Origin: Chiloscyllium plagiosum
Taxonomy: Eukaryota
Length of the DNA stretch: 40,218 bases
Reading direction: 5' to 3'
Assembly (NCBI RefSeq): GCF_004010195.1
Contig: NC_057718.1
Span: 85,941,534 to 85,981,751, forward strand
The translations under genes were made by a program, and so were the position numbers. Below, one piece after another: positions 24,063 to 35,710 of this stretch. The notes under the pieces were generated by a model. The model saw only the letters and a list, made by a program, of their open reading frames with translations, had not been told where the DNA came from and searched no databases. The stretch's first letter is position 1; the number at the start of each line of letters is the position of its first letter.

Positions 24063-24949
24063 CGTCTGAATCTCAATAGAACTTTGTGCTCCTCTTCAAT
24101 ATAACAGGACTTTGCCATCGCACAGGGAAGTCACATAAAGCCCTGGTCTGACATCTCAGCTGAGAGATAGCATTTATAGCAATGCAATACCTATTCAGTA
24201 CTCCATGAAAATGGCAACCTGCAGCTTTGTATGCAACTCTCGAGTATAGGATTTGAATGACATCCTTATGGTGCAGAGACTAACCAACTGAGGCAAGGCC
24301 AATACACAATGACAAAGGAATAGATACTTATGAGATGTCAAGTGTTGTTTTACAGGGGATTAGTGTTGGAATAATTTCATTCTCCAAAATGATCTGGATG
24401 TACAATTGGCCATATAAAACTGAGACAAGTAGAAGGAGACAAAACAAATGCAGATGAAATAGATGGCATTAAAGACATTATGAAAATAGACAGTCAATTT
24501 CCTGGTTGTGCTGGAGTTTCTGTTGCTCTTATGCCAAATCATTGAACCAATCAATGAACTACCATAGCAATTCACCTTTTCCATTTTTGATTAATCTCAG
24601 GTGGTATGGCTGAAATGTTATCACACTTACCATCGCACAATCCCATAAACTGATTGCTTTTTAATAAATAAACTATACATCTTTCCTTCCTCATCCCATC
24701 TTTGAAACCTATCTAAGGGAGTACCATGCTGTTTACAGTGCTCAGTGTAGCCTGACAACCTCTCAATGTTTCATATGGGACCCTCACATACAGGAAAGCC
24801 TTCAAGTAGTTAAAACTGTTCTCTTTTATTCAGTATTATCAAAAGCAAATAATAAAAAACAACTATTTATACTTGCCCCTGGGTAAAGACAGTGATTGCT
24901 TTCCCTTTGAGCAGCAAAACAATTGTCAGACAATGAGTGTTAACTGTAA

Positions 24950-25110
24950 CCATAAGACCATAAGACAAAGGAGAAGAAAGTTGTCTATTTGGTCCATCAA
25001 GTCTGCTCTGCCATTCAATCATGGCTCATATTTTCCTGCTTTTTCCCCATAACGTTTGATCCATTTGGCAATCAATAACTTATCTATCTCTGTTTTAAAT
25101 ATACTCAGTG
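24950..25110 (-). mobile_element. CR1 3' tip with (CTTATGGT)n tail
   Basis: ACCATAAGACCATAAGAC followed by TCTGCTCTGCCATTCAATCATGGCT. Confidence 0.82.
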
Positions 25111-25152
25111 AAACCGGCTCTTATCTACTAGAACTGGGTGTCAATTAAGTCC

Positions 25153-25308
25153 AAGGAGACAGTGAGGTCTGCAGATGCTGGAGATCAGAGTTGAGAGTGT
25201 GTTGCTGTAAAAGCACAGCAGGTCAGGCAGCATCTGAGGAGCAGGAAAATCAATGTTTCGGGCCGGAGCCCTTCATCATTCCTGCTTTTCCAGCAACACA
25301 CTCTCAAC
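25153..25308 (-). mobile_element. Penelope-derived hairpin insert with perfect 14-bp TSD
   Basis: TGTCAATTAAGTCC at 25139-25152 and 25309-25322; inverted arms at ~25190-25215 and 25283-25308; minus strand ATGATGAAGGGCTCCGGCCCGAAAC. Confidence 0.85.
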
Positions 25309-26263
25309 TGTCAATTAAGTCCTGTCTGGCCTGTGGTAGCTCTTTATTTTGCAAAAGCTGAAGTTTCTCTAGCTCAATGTCCTTATCTTCCTCCTCTGCA
25401 GACTGCTGCTGCTCTCCCAGTTCTTCAGCAGCCATCACTTTCCCTGCTTGTATGCTCCAGTTGTGCAGAGCACTACACGTGAGGATGATGTGGCGCCCTC
25501 TATCTGGACTGGACTGCAAAGCCCCTCCAGGCTGATCCAAGCATCAGAACCTCACCTTCACAAGCCTGACATCTGCTCCACCATTGAAGAAGTGGGCTTT
25601 GTCTCTACACTTGGTCTCAGTGAAATTTGGGGGGAGGGGGATTGTGTCATTAGATTGTCAGTCACGGTGGCCCTTATCTCCCAGTAACTATTCTTATCAG
25701 ATATCTTGCCCCTGAAACAAAGCAGGAAGATGATATTTCTCAAGGATATACCATCACGGCAGTAGCCTAGGTACCTGCTGCAGATCTGTAAGAGATAACT
25801 TGCACATTAATGGAATGGAAAAGCCTTCTCTGTTGATGATGTCAACTGCATTATGATATGGTGCTCCCAATGCCATGTCTGTACAGTATCTAGCACCCCA
25901 TACCAGGCTGAAGACAGCTGTGGTCTGGCACAGATTGCATCAGTAACAGCCAGGATACATTTGGAATTTGAAGTTTGAGGTCTTCCACAAAGCAGACAGT
26001 TGTGTAAAAGTTCAGTGTAAAGGTTTACCTCTTCGTTTTTCAGAGACAGTCCCAGCAAGGGCCAACACTTGAACCTGGTGCTGTTGAGGGTATGGGACTG
26101 TTGGCCTATCAGAATGGGGTGTATATTTCAAAAGTAGCTCTGCTCTGACATATGGAAAGGGATGGAATGTTAGCCTTAGGCAATTAACACCCCTCGAAGT
26201 GTAAAAGGACTGAGGGGAGATGGCTTTTATGGTGGGGAATCCAGCATCCTGTAAAATCCAGCC
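25304..26263 (-). mobile_element. PIF/Harbinger transposon remnant (DDE transposase pseudogene)
   Basis: KCILAVTDAICAR, GVLDTVQ, VEQMSGL, DQPGGALQSSPDRGRHIILTCSALHN and QARQDLI match HARBI1-type motifs; TIR-like GTAAAATCCAGCC at 26251-26263. Confidence 0.85.
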
Positions 26264-27019
26264 ACTAATTTACATAAAAAGAAACTTTTATTCTGAGTAA
26301 TGGTTAATTATTCACAAACTGAACCAAAACAGCCCATAACAGTCTTAATAACAGTCTTCAGGCTCAATACAGAGAGAGCATTTTGTCCTTGTGGAGTTGA
26401 TCGACCAACTAATCTTTTCCTGCCATTCATCTTAATATGTTCACAATTCAATCAATGAAGCAATTTTCTACATTTGGACTTAATGCAAAAGAATGGTGGC
26501 AAATGCTAATTGAATATAACCTCACTAGTCTCTTCAACTGTTCACCAAATGAATGATATTCAATCTCTTCAGGGCTCTGATATAGTCATGTCTTTCTTTG
26601 AATCCACATGGAACAGTGCATTGATAGTTCAAGAATAAAATTTAAATGTCAGAGAGGTAATATGAAATATGGAGATCGTATACTTAACCATCAGATTTAA
26701 TTCAGATTTATGTTACTGAACACTAGAGAGCAAGCAAAATATGCAATAATATGCTAAAGTCATGCAATATTAATAAAATTACAAAATTGCCAGTTCATTA
26801 ATATTTAAATGCTTTCCTCCATCTTGTTAACTGACTGTAATTGAAACTCTGCCTTAATGATCTTTTATGCAATCAATACTCATGGGGTATTTGAGTGAAA
26901 TAATTAATTTCCATCCACAGAGTTTATTAATAAATGCACTAGATGGAAACGAAAACTGACATGAGACTGCAAAACATCATGAGAGCTTTTTGGATTTTAT
27001 TAATAATGCTTCAGTTGGA

Positions 27020-27680
27020 AAGAAATAACAAACTTCCATTAATTTAGTACCTTTCATGACCACAGGATGTTCCGAAGTGCATTTAAACTGATAATGCACT
27101 TGTCAAGGTTCTGGAACTGTCACACTGTAGGAAATGGGGCAGATAATTTCTGCACAGCAAGCTCCCACTAAAAACACGGGGGTAACAGTCAAATCACCAG
27201 CTTTAAGTGATGTTAGCTGAAGGATTCATATTATCTGAGACATCAGGAATAATTCCCATTCTGTGCTTCAAATGTGTCTTGAGATAGTTGATGTCCAAGT
27301 AAGGGAGTTCATAAATTCTCTGGTTGAGATCTCATCAAAATCATAGTATCCTAGAATCCCTACAGTGTGAAAGGAGGTCATCAAGTTCACACCGACCCTC
27401 CGAAGACCATCCCTCCCAGACCACCCTCTACACTATGTCTGTAACCCTGCATTTTCCCCGGCTAATCCATTGCATTTACACATCCCTGGATACTATGGGC
27501 TATTTAGCATGACAGAACTATTGCTTTGAAAAGATGGTCCATCTGGAAGTGCAGCACTCCCTCAGTAATGCAGTGGTTGAGTTCACCTTGATAATGTGCT
27601 CAATGTGGGGTTGTGCTTGAATCCACAACATGCTCAATCAAAGGGGAAATAGTGGCCCATCACCCAGTGCTGATACACAA
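27020..27680 (-). mobile_element. Full-length old DeuSINE with a nested HE1 SINE 3' fragment (27340-27510)
   Basis: TGCACAGCAAGCTCCCAC, ATCTCATC and AGTGCAGCACTCCCTCAGTA are reverse-complementary to the DeuSINE core. Confidence 0.72.
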
Positions 27681-28031
27681 ATTAGCAGGGACAACATTTG
27701 TTTCTTTTCCCTCAGCTCAGACTTCAAAGCAAAGAGCTGACAGAACTATTGCCTTGATATCACAGTTTGCTTAAGTCATTTCTACTTTGCCAAAGAGCTG
27801 AGATGTTCATTTTTAGTGAAGAACTCTAACAGTGTCTGATTTTGTTTTGAAAATGTTCATTATGAAATTAATCTAAAACCCTTGAAAAACTGGAGGATTG
27901 CTCAAGATTATGATGTTTTATTAGTTTGCAATAGAGATTACTGTTTGGATACTGTGATCTTGTATTAATAGACACTGTTAGATCTGTTAACTTGGGAAAG
28001 GATCAGAAATAGTGGGGAATGGGATGTTGTG

Positions 28032-28690
28032 ATAAGACCATAAGACCATAAGACATAGAAACAGAAATTAGGCCGTTCAGCCAAACATTCAATCATGGCT
28101 GATACGTTTCTCAACCCCATTCTCCCCCTTTCTCCCCGTAACCCTTGATCCCCTTGATACTCAAGAACGTATCTATCTCCGTCTTAAATATGCTCAATGA
28201 CCTGGCCTCTACAGCCTTCTGTGGCAATGAATTCCATAGATTCACCACTCACTGGCTGAAGAAGTTTCTCCTTATCTCTGTTCTAAAAGGTCTTCCATTT
28301 ACTCTAAGGCTGTGCCCTCGGGTCTGAGTCTTCCCAACATCTACTCTGTCCAGGTCATTCAATATTCTTAATGTATCAATTAGATTCCACCCCCCCCCCC
28401 CCATCCTACTAAACTCTGTTGAATATCAACCCCAGAGTCCTCAAACATTCCTCATATATTAAACTTTTCATTACTGGGAACATTCTCGTGAACCTCCCCT
28501 GTACGCGCTCCAGGGCCAATACATCCTTCCTGAGATATGGGGCCTAAAACTGTGCACAATACTCCAAATGTGGTCTGAACAGAGCCCTATAGAGCCTCAG
28601 AAGTACATTCCTGTTTTTATATTCAAGTACTCTCAAAATAAATGCCATCGTTGTATTTACCTTCCTAACTCCTGACATAACCTGCAAGGG
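28032..28690 (-). mobile_element. CR1 3' fragment
   Basis: (ACCATAAG)n tail; LEYKNRNVLLRLYRALFRPHLEYCAQF. Confidence 0.92.
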
Positions 28691-28934
28691 TTGGGACAGG
28701 GCCATTGAGGATTCTAATAGTGCCAAACCATTTTTAACCTTTCAACCTGACAATGCCAAACCTAAAGAGAAATCTAAAGTAAAATCAATTGATAGGAGAT
28801 ACCAAGTAAAGGCAAAATACTGTGAATGCGGGTGATCTGAGATAAAGTCTGCAAGGTCAAATACCGACGAGGCAATGATTCTGTGGAGCACCTCTGCTCT
28901 GTCTGCAAAACAGTGCTGATCTTCTAGTTGCTCC

Positions 28935-29092
28935 CATTTCAATGTGCCATGTTGCTGTCATCTTAATGTTTCTGTCCTAGACCTGCTACCAGTCAATCCC
29001 CAACACCAACTAGAGGAACAGCACTTCATTTTACACTTAGCCACTTGTCAGCCTTCAGGACTCAACACTAAGTTCAACAACATCAGATCATG
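28935..29092 (+). mobile_element. Penelope-like (Neptune-type) GIY-YIG C-terminal fragment
   Basis: Translates to HQLEEQHFILHLATCQPSGLNTKFNNIR. Confidence 0.75.
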
Positions 29093-29094
29093 AA

Positions 29095-29680
29095 ACTGAA
29101 ACAGAAATTGCTGGAGAAACTCAGGAGGTCTGGCAACATCTGCAGGAAGAAAGCAGAGTTAATGGGAAACAGTGGTATTTATGCTGAAGCCAAAGTTAGG
29201 GGACAGAGGGGAGAGGTGAGCAGGTAGATGAGGCTGAAGTCCAAAGAGAAAGAGACATGAGAGGGGTAGATAAACAATGAGATTATGGATGGCAGATCAG
29301 GACTGACAAAAAGCTGAATAAGTGATAATAAGAGCTATGAGTGAGAGAAAATGGGTGAGCTGTACTGAATGCAGTCTATTTAACATGATAATGGGCCTAA
29401 GAGTGGGTGACTGTGCTAAAAAAAAATCATGTCACAATGGGACCAAGTGTAGGAGTGGGTAAAATACATGGAAGGACGGAATCAGGCTGTAATGTTATTG
29501 AATTCAATATTGAGTCTGAGAGACTGTATGGTCCCCAAATGGAAAATGAGATATTGTTCTTTGAGTTTGCACTGAGGCTCGCTGGAACACTGCAGAAGGC
29601 CTGAGACAGAGATGGTGGCAGGGAGACACGGTGATGTGTTGAAGGGGCAGGCAACTGGAAGCTCAGGGTCATTAATGCAT
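29095..29680 (-). mobile_element. Penelope-like (Neptune-type) 3' region
   Basis: PELPVACPFN...SVSGLLQCSSEPQCKLKEQYLIFHLGTIQSLRLNIEFNN, plus the terminal AGAAATTGCTGGAGAAACTCAG motif. Confidence 0.85.
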
Positions 29681-29684
29681 TCAA

Positions 29685-30022
29685 AACATAGATTTCCCAC
29701 AGTGTGGAAACGGGCCATTTGGCCCAACAAGTCCACTCCAACCCTCTGAAGAGCAACCCATTCCTCTATCCTATTACTTTACATTTACTCCTGACTAATG
29801 CAACTAACCTACACATCCCTGAATACTATGGGCAATTTAGCAAGGCCAATTCACCTAACCTGTACATCTTTGGACTGCAGGAGGAAACCAGAGCACCCGG
29901 AGGAAACCCACACAGACACAGGGAGAATGTGCAAACTCCACACAGACAGTCGCCCAAGGTGGGAATTGAACCCGGATCGCTGGTGCTGTGAGGTAGCAGT
30001 GCTAACCACTGAGCCACCATGT
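29685..30022 (-). mobile_element. HE1-type V-SINE
   Basis: Head, V domain and tail match the other copies. Confidence 0.92.
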
Positions 30023-30039
30023 TCTGCAAAGCGGCCACC

Positions 30040-30765
30040 CCACTCTGTGCTTCATCTCATTTTTTGTGTTTATTTCTGTTTCTATTTTTGTTTCAGATCT
30101 CGAGCATCTGCAGCTCTTTGTTTGACTGCAGACCATGAATACTCCGGTGTTTTATCTGCCTGGGTTTGTCCTCAGCAGACAGGCCTATTTCGATCATTAA
30201 CACCTTTTCATCATTTATATCTTTTCCCCTAAAACCATTAGCACTCCCTTTGCCTTTTGCTGTGGGCATCCTTACTGCCTGATTCACTCACTCCTCTTCT
30301 CGCTGTGTCAACAGCATAAAAATAATCACTAATTAAAAAAAAAACAAAACGGGGGGCGGCACAGTGGCTCAGTAGTTAGCACTGCTGCCTCACGGCACCA
30401 GGGACTCGGGTTTGGTTCCCACCTCGGGTAACTGTCTGTGTGGAGTTTGCACATTCTCCCCGTGTCTGTGTGGGTTTCCTCCAGGTACTCTGGTTCCCTC
30501 CCACAGTCCAAAGATGTGCAGGTTAGGTGAATTGGCCATGCTAAATTGTCCGTGGCGCCTAGGTGCATTAGTCAGAGGGAAATGGGTCTGGGTGGGTTAC
30601 TCTTCGGAGGGTCGATGTGGACTTGTTGGGCTATAGGGAATCTAATCTAATCTAAAAAAAACTAATCACCATTCAGCCACATTCAATGCTGAAGAAGAGT
30701 CATTATCAGATTCGAAACATTAACTGCTTCTCAGTGCACTGATGCTGCCAGACCTGCTGAGTTGC
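30040..30765 (+). mobile_element. Penelope-like 3' terminal region (interrupted by SINE) with hammerhead-like motif at 30689-30721
   Basis: CTGAAGA-A-GAGTC-ATTATCA-GATTC-GAAAC followed by GATGCTGCCAGACCTGCTGAG. Confidence 0.65.
30351..30655 (+). mobile_element. HE1-type V-SINE with imperfect TSD
   Basis: GGGCGGCACAGTGGCTCAGTAGTTAG head; flanks AAAATAATCACT and AAACTAATCACC. Confidence 0.93.
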
Positions 30766-30934
30766 TCTACTGCAATGGGAAGGTGCTTATGGGAGGAATG
30801 GGTGAAAAAAGTGATGAAAGAGTAATGAAGGAGTGAATCTGGATGTCACTGTCCCTGCGGATTGCGGACATACAAGGCAAATGTGTTGGGTTGTGGTGCC
30901 GTGATGGAGGTGGTGGAAATGCTGAAAGATGACT

Positions 30935-31134
30935 CTTGGAAAGCTCATCCACTTCACCAACACCTTCCACCCCGACCTCAAATTCACCTGGACAGTCTCA
31001 GATTCCTCCCTCCCCTTCCTCGACCTTTCTATTTCTATCTCAGACGACCGAATCAACACGGACATCTACTACAAACCAACCGACTCCCACAGCTACCTGG
31101 ACTACACCTCCTCCCACCCTGCCCCCTGTAAAAA
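30935..31134 (+). mobile_element. Well-preserved Penelope RT fragment running into the gap (an older opposite-strand Penelope piece lies at 30766-30935)
   Basis: IHFTNTFHPDLKFTW...LPFLDLSI...TDIYYKPTDSHSYLDYTSSHP is the PLE RT thumb region. Confidence 0.92.
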
Positions 31135-31579
31135 NNNNNNNNNNNNNNNNNNNNNNNNNNNNNNNNNNNNNNNNNNNNNNNNNNNNNNNNNNNNNNNNNN
31201 NNNNNNNNNNNNNNNNNNNNNNNNNNNNNNNNNNNNNNNNNNNNNNNNNNNNNNNNNNNNNNNNNNNNNNNNNNNNNNNNNNNNNNNNNNNNNNNNNNNN
31301 NNNNNNNNNNNNNNNNNNNNNNNNNNNNNNNNNNNNNNNNNNNNNNNNNNNNNNNNNNNNNNNNNNNNNNNNNNNNNNNNNNNNNNNNNNNNNNNNNNNN
31401 NNNNNNNNNNNNNNNNNNNNNNNNNNNNNNNNNNNNNNNNNNNNNNNNNNNNNNNNNNNNNNNNNNNNNNNNNNNNNNNNNNNNNNNNNNNNNNNNNNNN
31501 NNNNNNNNNNNNNNNNNNNNNNNNNNNNNNNNNNNNNNNNNNNNNNNNNNNNNNNNNNNNNNNNNNNNNNNNNNNNNNN
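31135..31579. other. Assembly gap (445 N)
   Basis: Run of N. Confidence 1.
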
Positions 31580-31592
31580 TTTTTTTTTACAG

Positions 31593-31628
31593 GAGTCATT
31601 TCTAGCACTTGGAAGATACTCTGCTACC
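31593..31628 (+). CDS. Candidate 36-nt internal exon of an unidentified host gene
   Basis: Acceptor TTTTTTTTTACAG and donor GTAAGC; frame-preserving; open as ESFLALGRYSAT or GVISSTWKILCY. No homolog recognised. Confidence 0.3.
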
Positions 31629-33256
31629 GTAAGCAAGAACCAATGTCTTTACACTATTTAGCATTCAAAACAAAATAAATGATCATTCTAGCCTCAGCTT
31701 TAAATTTCTGGTCCTAAGTACAGTCTACAGACTTTAAAAACCAATTGGAAGATACTTCAAAAAACCTGCCAGGTGAATAGTTGGGCAAAGTCTAAATTTG
31801 TTTTAATATTACAATGCTAAGATTGCCTATTTGTATCATGATGACTTGATTGTCACTCACTTCCAAATTTAGAAGCTTTTCATTTTCTTATTCTAACTGG
31901 AAGACATAATGTCAAATTTGGCAGATGAACTTCTTTGCAATTTATTGTATTAAAAAGCATTTGTTTCAGTGAAGTACATTTTTGTATAAATTGGAAACGT
32001 GCTTCGTTGACAACACTTAAAGACCCTTGGTATTTTATAGTTTAACAGCATATATCACGGTGCTTTGTATTTGGCAGATATACAGTTTTACCTGGATTTT
32101 AAATTGTGATGTTACAATAGACAGATTAACGTGGACTAGTTAAAAGATTTTTCAGAAGTAGCAAAGCTACGGTTGTCTGAGACTGATCCAATCACATTTT
32201 GATTGGCTGGAGAATTGCTGTGAGCTTAACTAACTTGCAGGTTGAAATGGAAGGCAGTCTCTCAGTGCGTAATTAAATGATAAGTTCATATTCATGGGAC
32301 AATTGTAAGTTACTGAGACTGTCATAGACAACGCCAAAAATAGTCAGTCTCATGATGAATACCCTTATTAACAGCTACACTGCTCTCTGTTCATTGAATC
32401 TGGCCAGGGAATACTATGAGATGAAGCCCTGTTTGTAGAGTGTGTCCCTGAAGATCATTTAAAAAGAATCCTGGGAAAGACAAGGCAGAATCTGATCCCT
32501 AATCAAAACATACTTCTTTACAGAATTTCATATATCTAATATTATAAAACATATTTGCCAGATGTTAATTGAATAAATTTCAGTTTAAAAAAGCAATAAT
32601 ATCTACAGGAGCATAATCTTTCTATAACAAAAACTAATTTTTATAGTTTACCAGCAATTGTCTTAACCATTTGATTGATTTTATGAGTTTCATGAATTAC
32701 TATTAAAATAAGTACAATATGCTATAGTTCCTTTAAGAGTTATTTTAAAACATTTATTTGGATATTTCAACTATTCTGCATCTAGACCTTCAACGTTACA
32801 ATTTCCAACAATTTCAACTACACACAAAAAAAATTGGAACAATGAGCTGCTGGTGAATATGCTAAAACTCACATCTTGTCAGGAATAAATAGTAACCGTC
32901 ACTTTAAAATGGTCAAAGAAAGACATCTTAACTCCTTTCCTGCCAAAGATGCCATTTGACATTGTTGCCACAGTATTCCCCGATGCTAGAAAGATATCAA
33001 ATTATGTCAGGTGTGCAGACTAGGTATAGACAGTAATAAAGTGACAACCCAGTGAGAATCTGTGGCATATGACCAGCTACAAGAAGTAATAGTGCTAGGT
33101 TCTCTTGGCATATTTGCATACTCTGCATGTACCTGCATCCCAGAAATTCCTGATCTATGTGCAAGAGAAGCAGCCCTGCTGTCTGTATGCATGTTGCACT
33201 GGAATGTTATTGGGATATTAGGGTACTTTCAATAGAATTCTCATCAGCAACACCAA

Positions 33257-33575
33257 ATTAGATTAGATTAGATTCCCTACAGTGTGGAAACAGGCCCTTC
33301 GGCCCAACCAGTCCACACCAACCCTCTGAAGAGTAACCCACCCAGACCCATTTTGCTCTGAATAATGCACCTAACACTATGGGCAATTTAGCATGGCCAA
33401 CTCACCTGGTCTGCACCTCCTCGCACTGTGGGATGAAACTGGAACACCCACAGGAAACCCATGCAGACACGGGGAGAATGTGAAAACTCCACACAGACAG
33501 TCGCCCGAAGCTGGCATCAAACCCGGGTCCCTGGTGCTGTGAGGCAGCAGTGCTAACCAATGAGTCACTGTGCAA
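33257..33575 (-). mobile_element. HE1-type V-SINE
   Basis: (TTAGA)n tail, V domain and head. Confidence 0.92.
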
Positions 33576-34920
33576 CCCAGTTACCCCCAGAAGCTCCTGC
33601 CATTGCTGCTCCACCATCTTTCCAGCTAGGGTCCCCTTCCAATCAAATCTGGCCAATTCCTCCCTCATGTTCTTACATTTACCCAATTGTAATACTGTTA
33701 TATTTGATTGCAGTTTCTCCCTCTGAAACTGGAGAGTGAATTCTATCTTATTATGGTCACTACCCCCTCGGGGTTCCTTCACCTTAAGTTTCCTAATAAA
33801 GCTGCTTCATTACACATCACTAAGTCCAGAATTGCCTGTTTCCTAGTGTGCTATACCAGAAGCTGCTCCAAATAACCCATCCTCTAGGAATTCCATTGAT
33901 CCCTTGTCTTGCGATCTGCTACCAGCCTGATTTTCCCAGTCCACTATTCAAGTCCCCCATGGTTATTGTAATATGCCTTTCTTACATGCCTTTTCTATCC
34001 CCTGATTTATTTTCTTCTCCGTGTCCTGATAACTGCTAGGAGGTCTGTACACATCTCCCATCAGGATCTTTATTCCTTTGCTGTTCCTCAACTCTGCCCA
34101 CACAGATTCTACACCTATTGACCCTCCATCACTTCTTGCTATTGATTTAATTTGATTTCTTACTGACAATGCAATCTTGCCTTCTCTGCCCATATGCCTG
34201 TCCTTTCGATAAGATATGTATCCTTGGATATTTAGTTCCCAGCCCTCAACACCTGTAGCCAGCTCTCTGTAATACTCACAACACTATATCTGCCAATTTC
34301 AGCCTGCATTACAAACTCGTTTATTATGCTGTGTATACTGCATGCATTTAAGTAGAACACCCTTAGTCCTCATTAACTGCTCCCTTCACATAATTGTCCC
34401 CTTATCTGCTGCACCTGAAGATAGATTCTTGACCCTTTCCATCCTTTTTGTCCTATTACTTGTACTGGACTTTTTAATAACCTCTGCTGAGCCTTCCCCT
34501 CCCCTTTAATTTTGTCCATAATTTTCCACACAACTGAACCCACCCCCCAACTCTATTTCGTTTAAAGCCCTAGTTTTACGATTCACCAGGACTCTGGTCC
34601 CAGCATGTTTCATATGGAACCTATCTCATCAGAACAACTCTTTCCTTTCCCAGTACTGCTGCCCATGTGCCAGGAAATCAAACCCTTTCCTCCACAACAA
34701 TCTCTGACCTCTTTAATCTTGTTGACCCTGTGCCAATTTGGTCGTAGCTCAGGTAGTAATCCAGAGATTCTTACCTTTTTGGTTCTGCTGTATAATTTAG
34801 GCACTAGCTGCTCATATTCATTCAGCGGACCCTCTTTCCGGTTTGTCACAATATCATTGGTACCTATTTGGACTACGACAATTGGACCTTTCTCCTCCCA
34901 CTCCAAGTTCCTCTGCAGTC

Positions 34921-35572
34921 TGTGCCAATACTATGACTTTAAGAGATGTATTTTGTCCTTATTTTGTGAAGAGGTTGAGACAGGGGTGCCAAGTGGTCTG
35001 TTCCAGGCCAGTTAAGTAAATAGCTTGTGAGGCCTTAGGTTTTTTTAAAAGTTGGAACAATAGTAGCAGCCTGAATGGGTGGGATCAAACTCCAACAGAA
35101 CCAGGATTTCAGTTTAACCTTCAGTAGCTGCTAGGGTTTTGAAGCTGCTGTAGATCTGTCCTTGCTACAACAAAACATTTGAGTTCTCTCTCTCTCTCTC
35201 AGAGTTTTCTCTTGATGTTCTTTTCTCCAGGAGTGGAGAATTTCAAGTGAGAAAATGTATTTTACTGAATTTGCCTTTGCCAAATGGGTGTCTATGGGAT
35301 GTTACAATCTTGGAGCAGCTAATCAATGGTAGTTAACATATATATTATCTTGCTAAGTATTTTGATAGAGTTGCAGTTAAGCTTTTTTTAAATTCTTATT
35401 TTGTCTGTATTATAACTGGAGTGTCAGAATAATGTGTGTTTTGCTTGGTAGTTTGACCAATCGAATTGCAATCTGGAACACAACACCTTACGTTTGCTTT
35501 TAAAAAACGGAAAGGTTAGGGTCGAGGCTGTCTTCTTGTCATATCTTGAGGAATTTGGTCTGGTTCATAACA
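34921..35572 (+). mobile_element. Solo LTR (652 bp; Gypsy/ERV-like)
   Basis: TG...CA ends; exact 4-bp TSD AGTC (34917-34920, 35573-35576); splits CR1 ORF1. Strand inferred. Confidence 0.85.
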
Positions 35573-35586
35573 AGTCCAGATGAGAT

Positions 35587-35710
35587 ATTAGATTAGATTA
35601 CTTACAGTGTGGAAACAGGCCCTTCGGCCCAACAAGTCCACACCGACCCCCCGAAGCGTAACCCACCCAGACTCATTCTCCTACATTTACCCCTTCACCT
35701 AACACTACAA
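35587..35710 (-). mobile_element. HE1-type SINE 3' fragment
   Basis: TTAGATTAGATTACTTACAGTGTGGAAACAGGCCCTTCGG. Confidence 0.88.

Noticed and set aside
24630..24707. Possible minus-strand exon with AG acceptor and GTAAGT donor (FQRWDEEGKMYSLFIKKQSVYGIVR)
   Set aside because: Weak polypyrimidine tract, no recognised homolog, no partner exons, and it lies next to a Harbinger relic.
27698..27780. Strong splice-acceptor-like TTTGTTTCTTTTCCCTCAG
   Set aside because: All three downstream frames hit stops within ~60 nt and no good donor follows.
19267..31579. Two gaps of identical length (445 N)
   Set aside because: Most likely a scaffolding estimate artefact, not biology.
33049..33235. ~60-codon stop-free plus-strand frame (ESVAYDQLQEV...)
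   Set aside because: No start codon, no convincing splice sites and no recognised homology.
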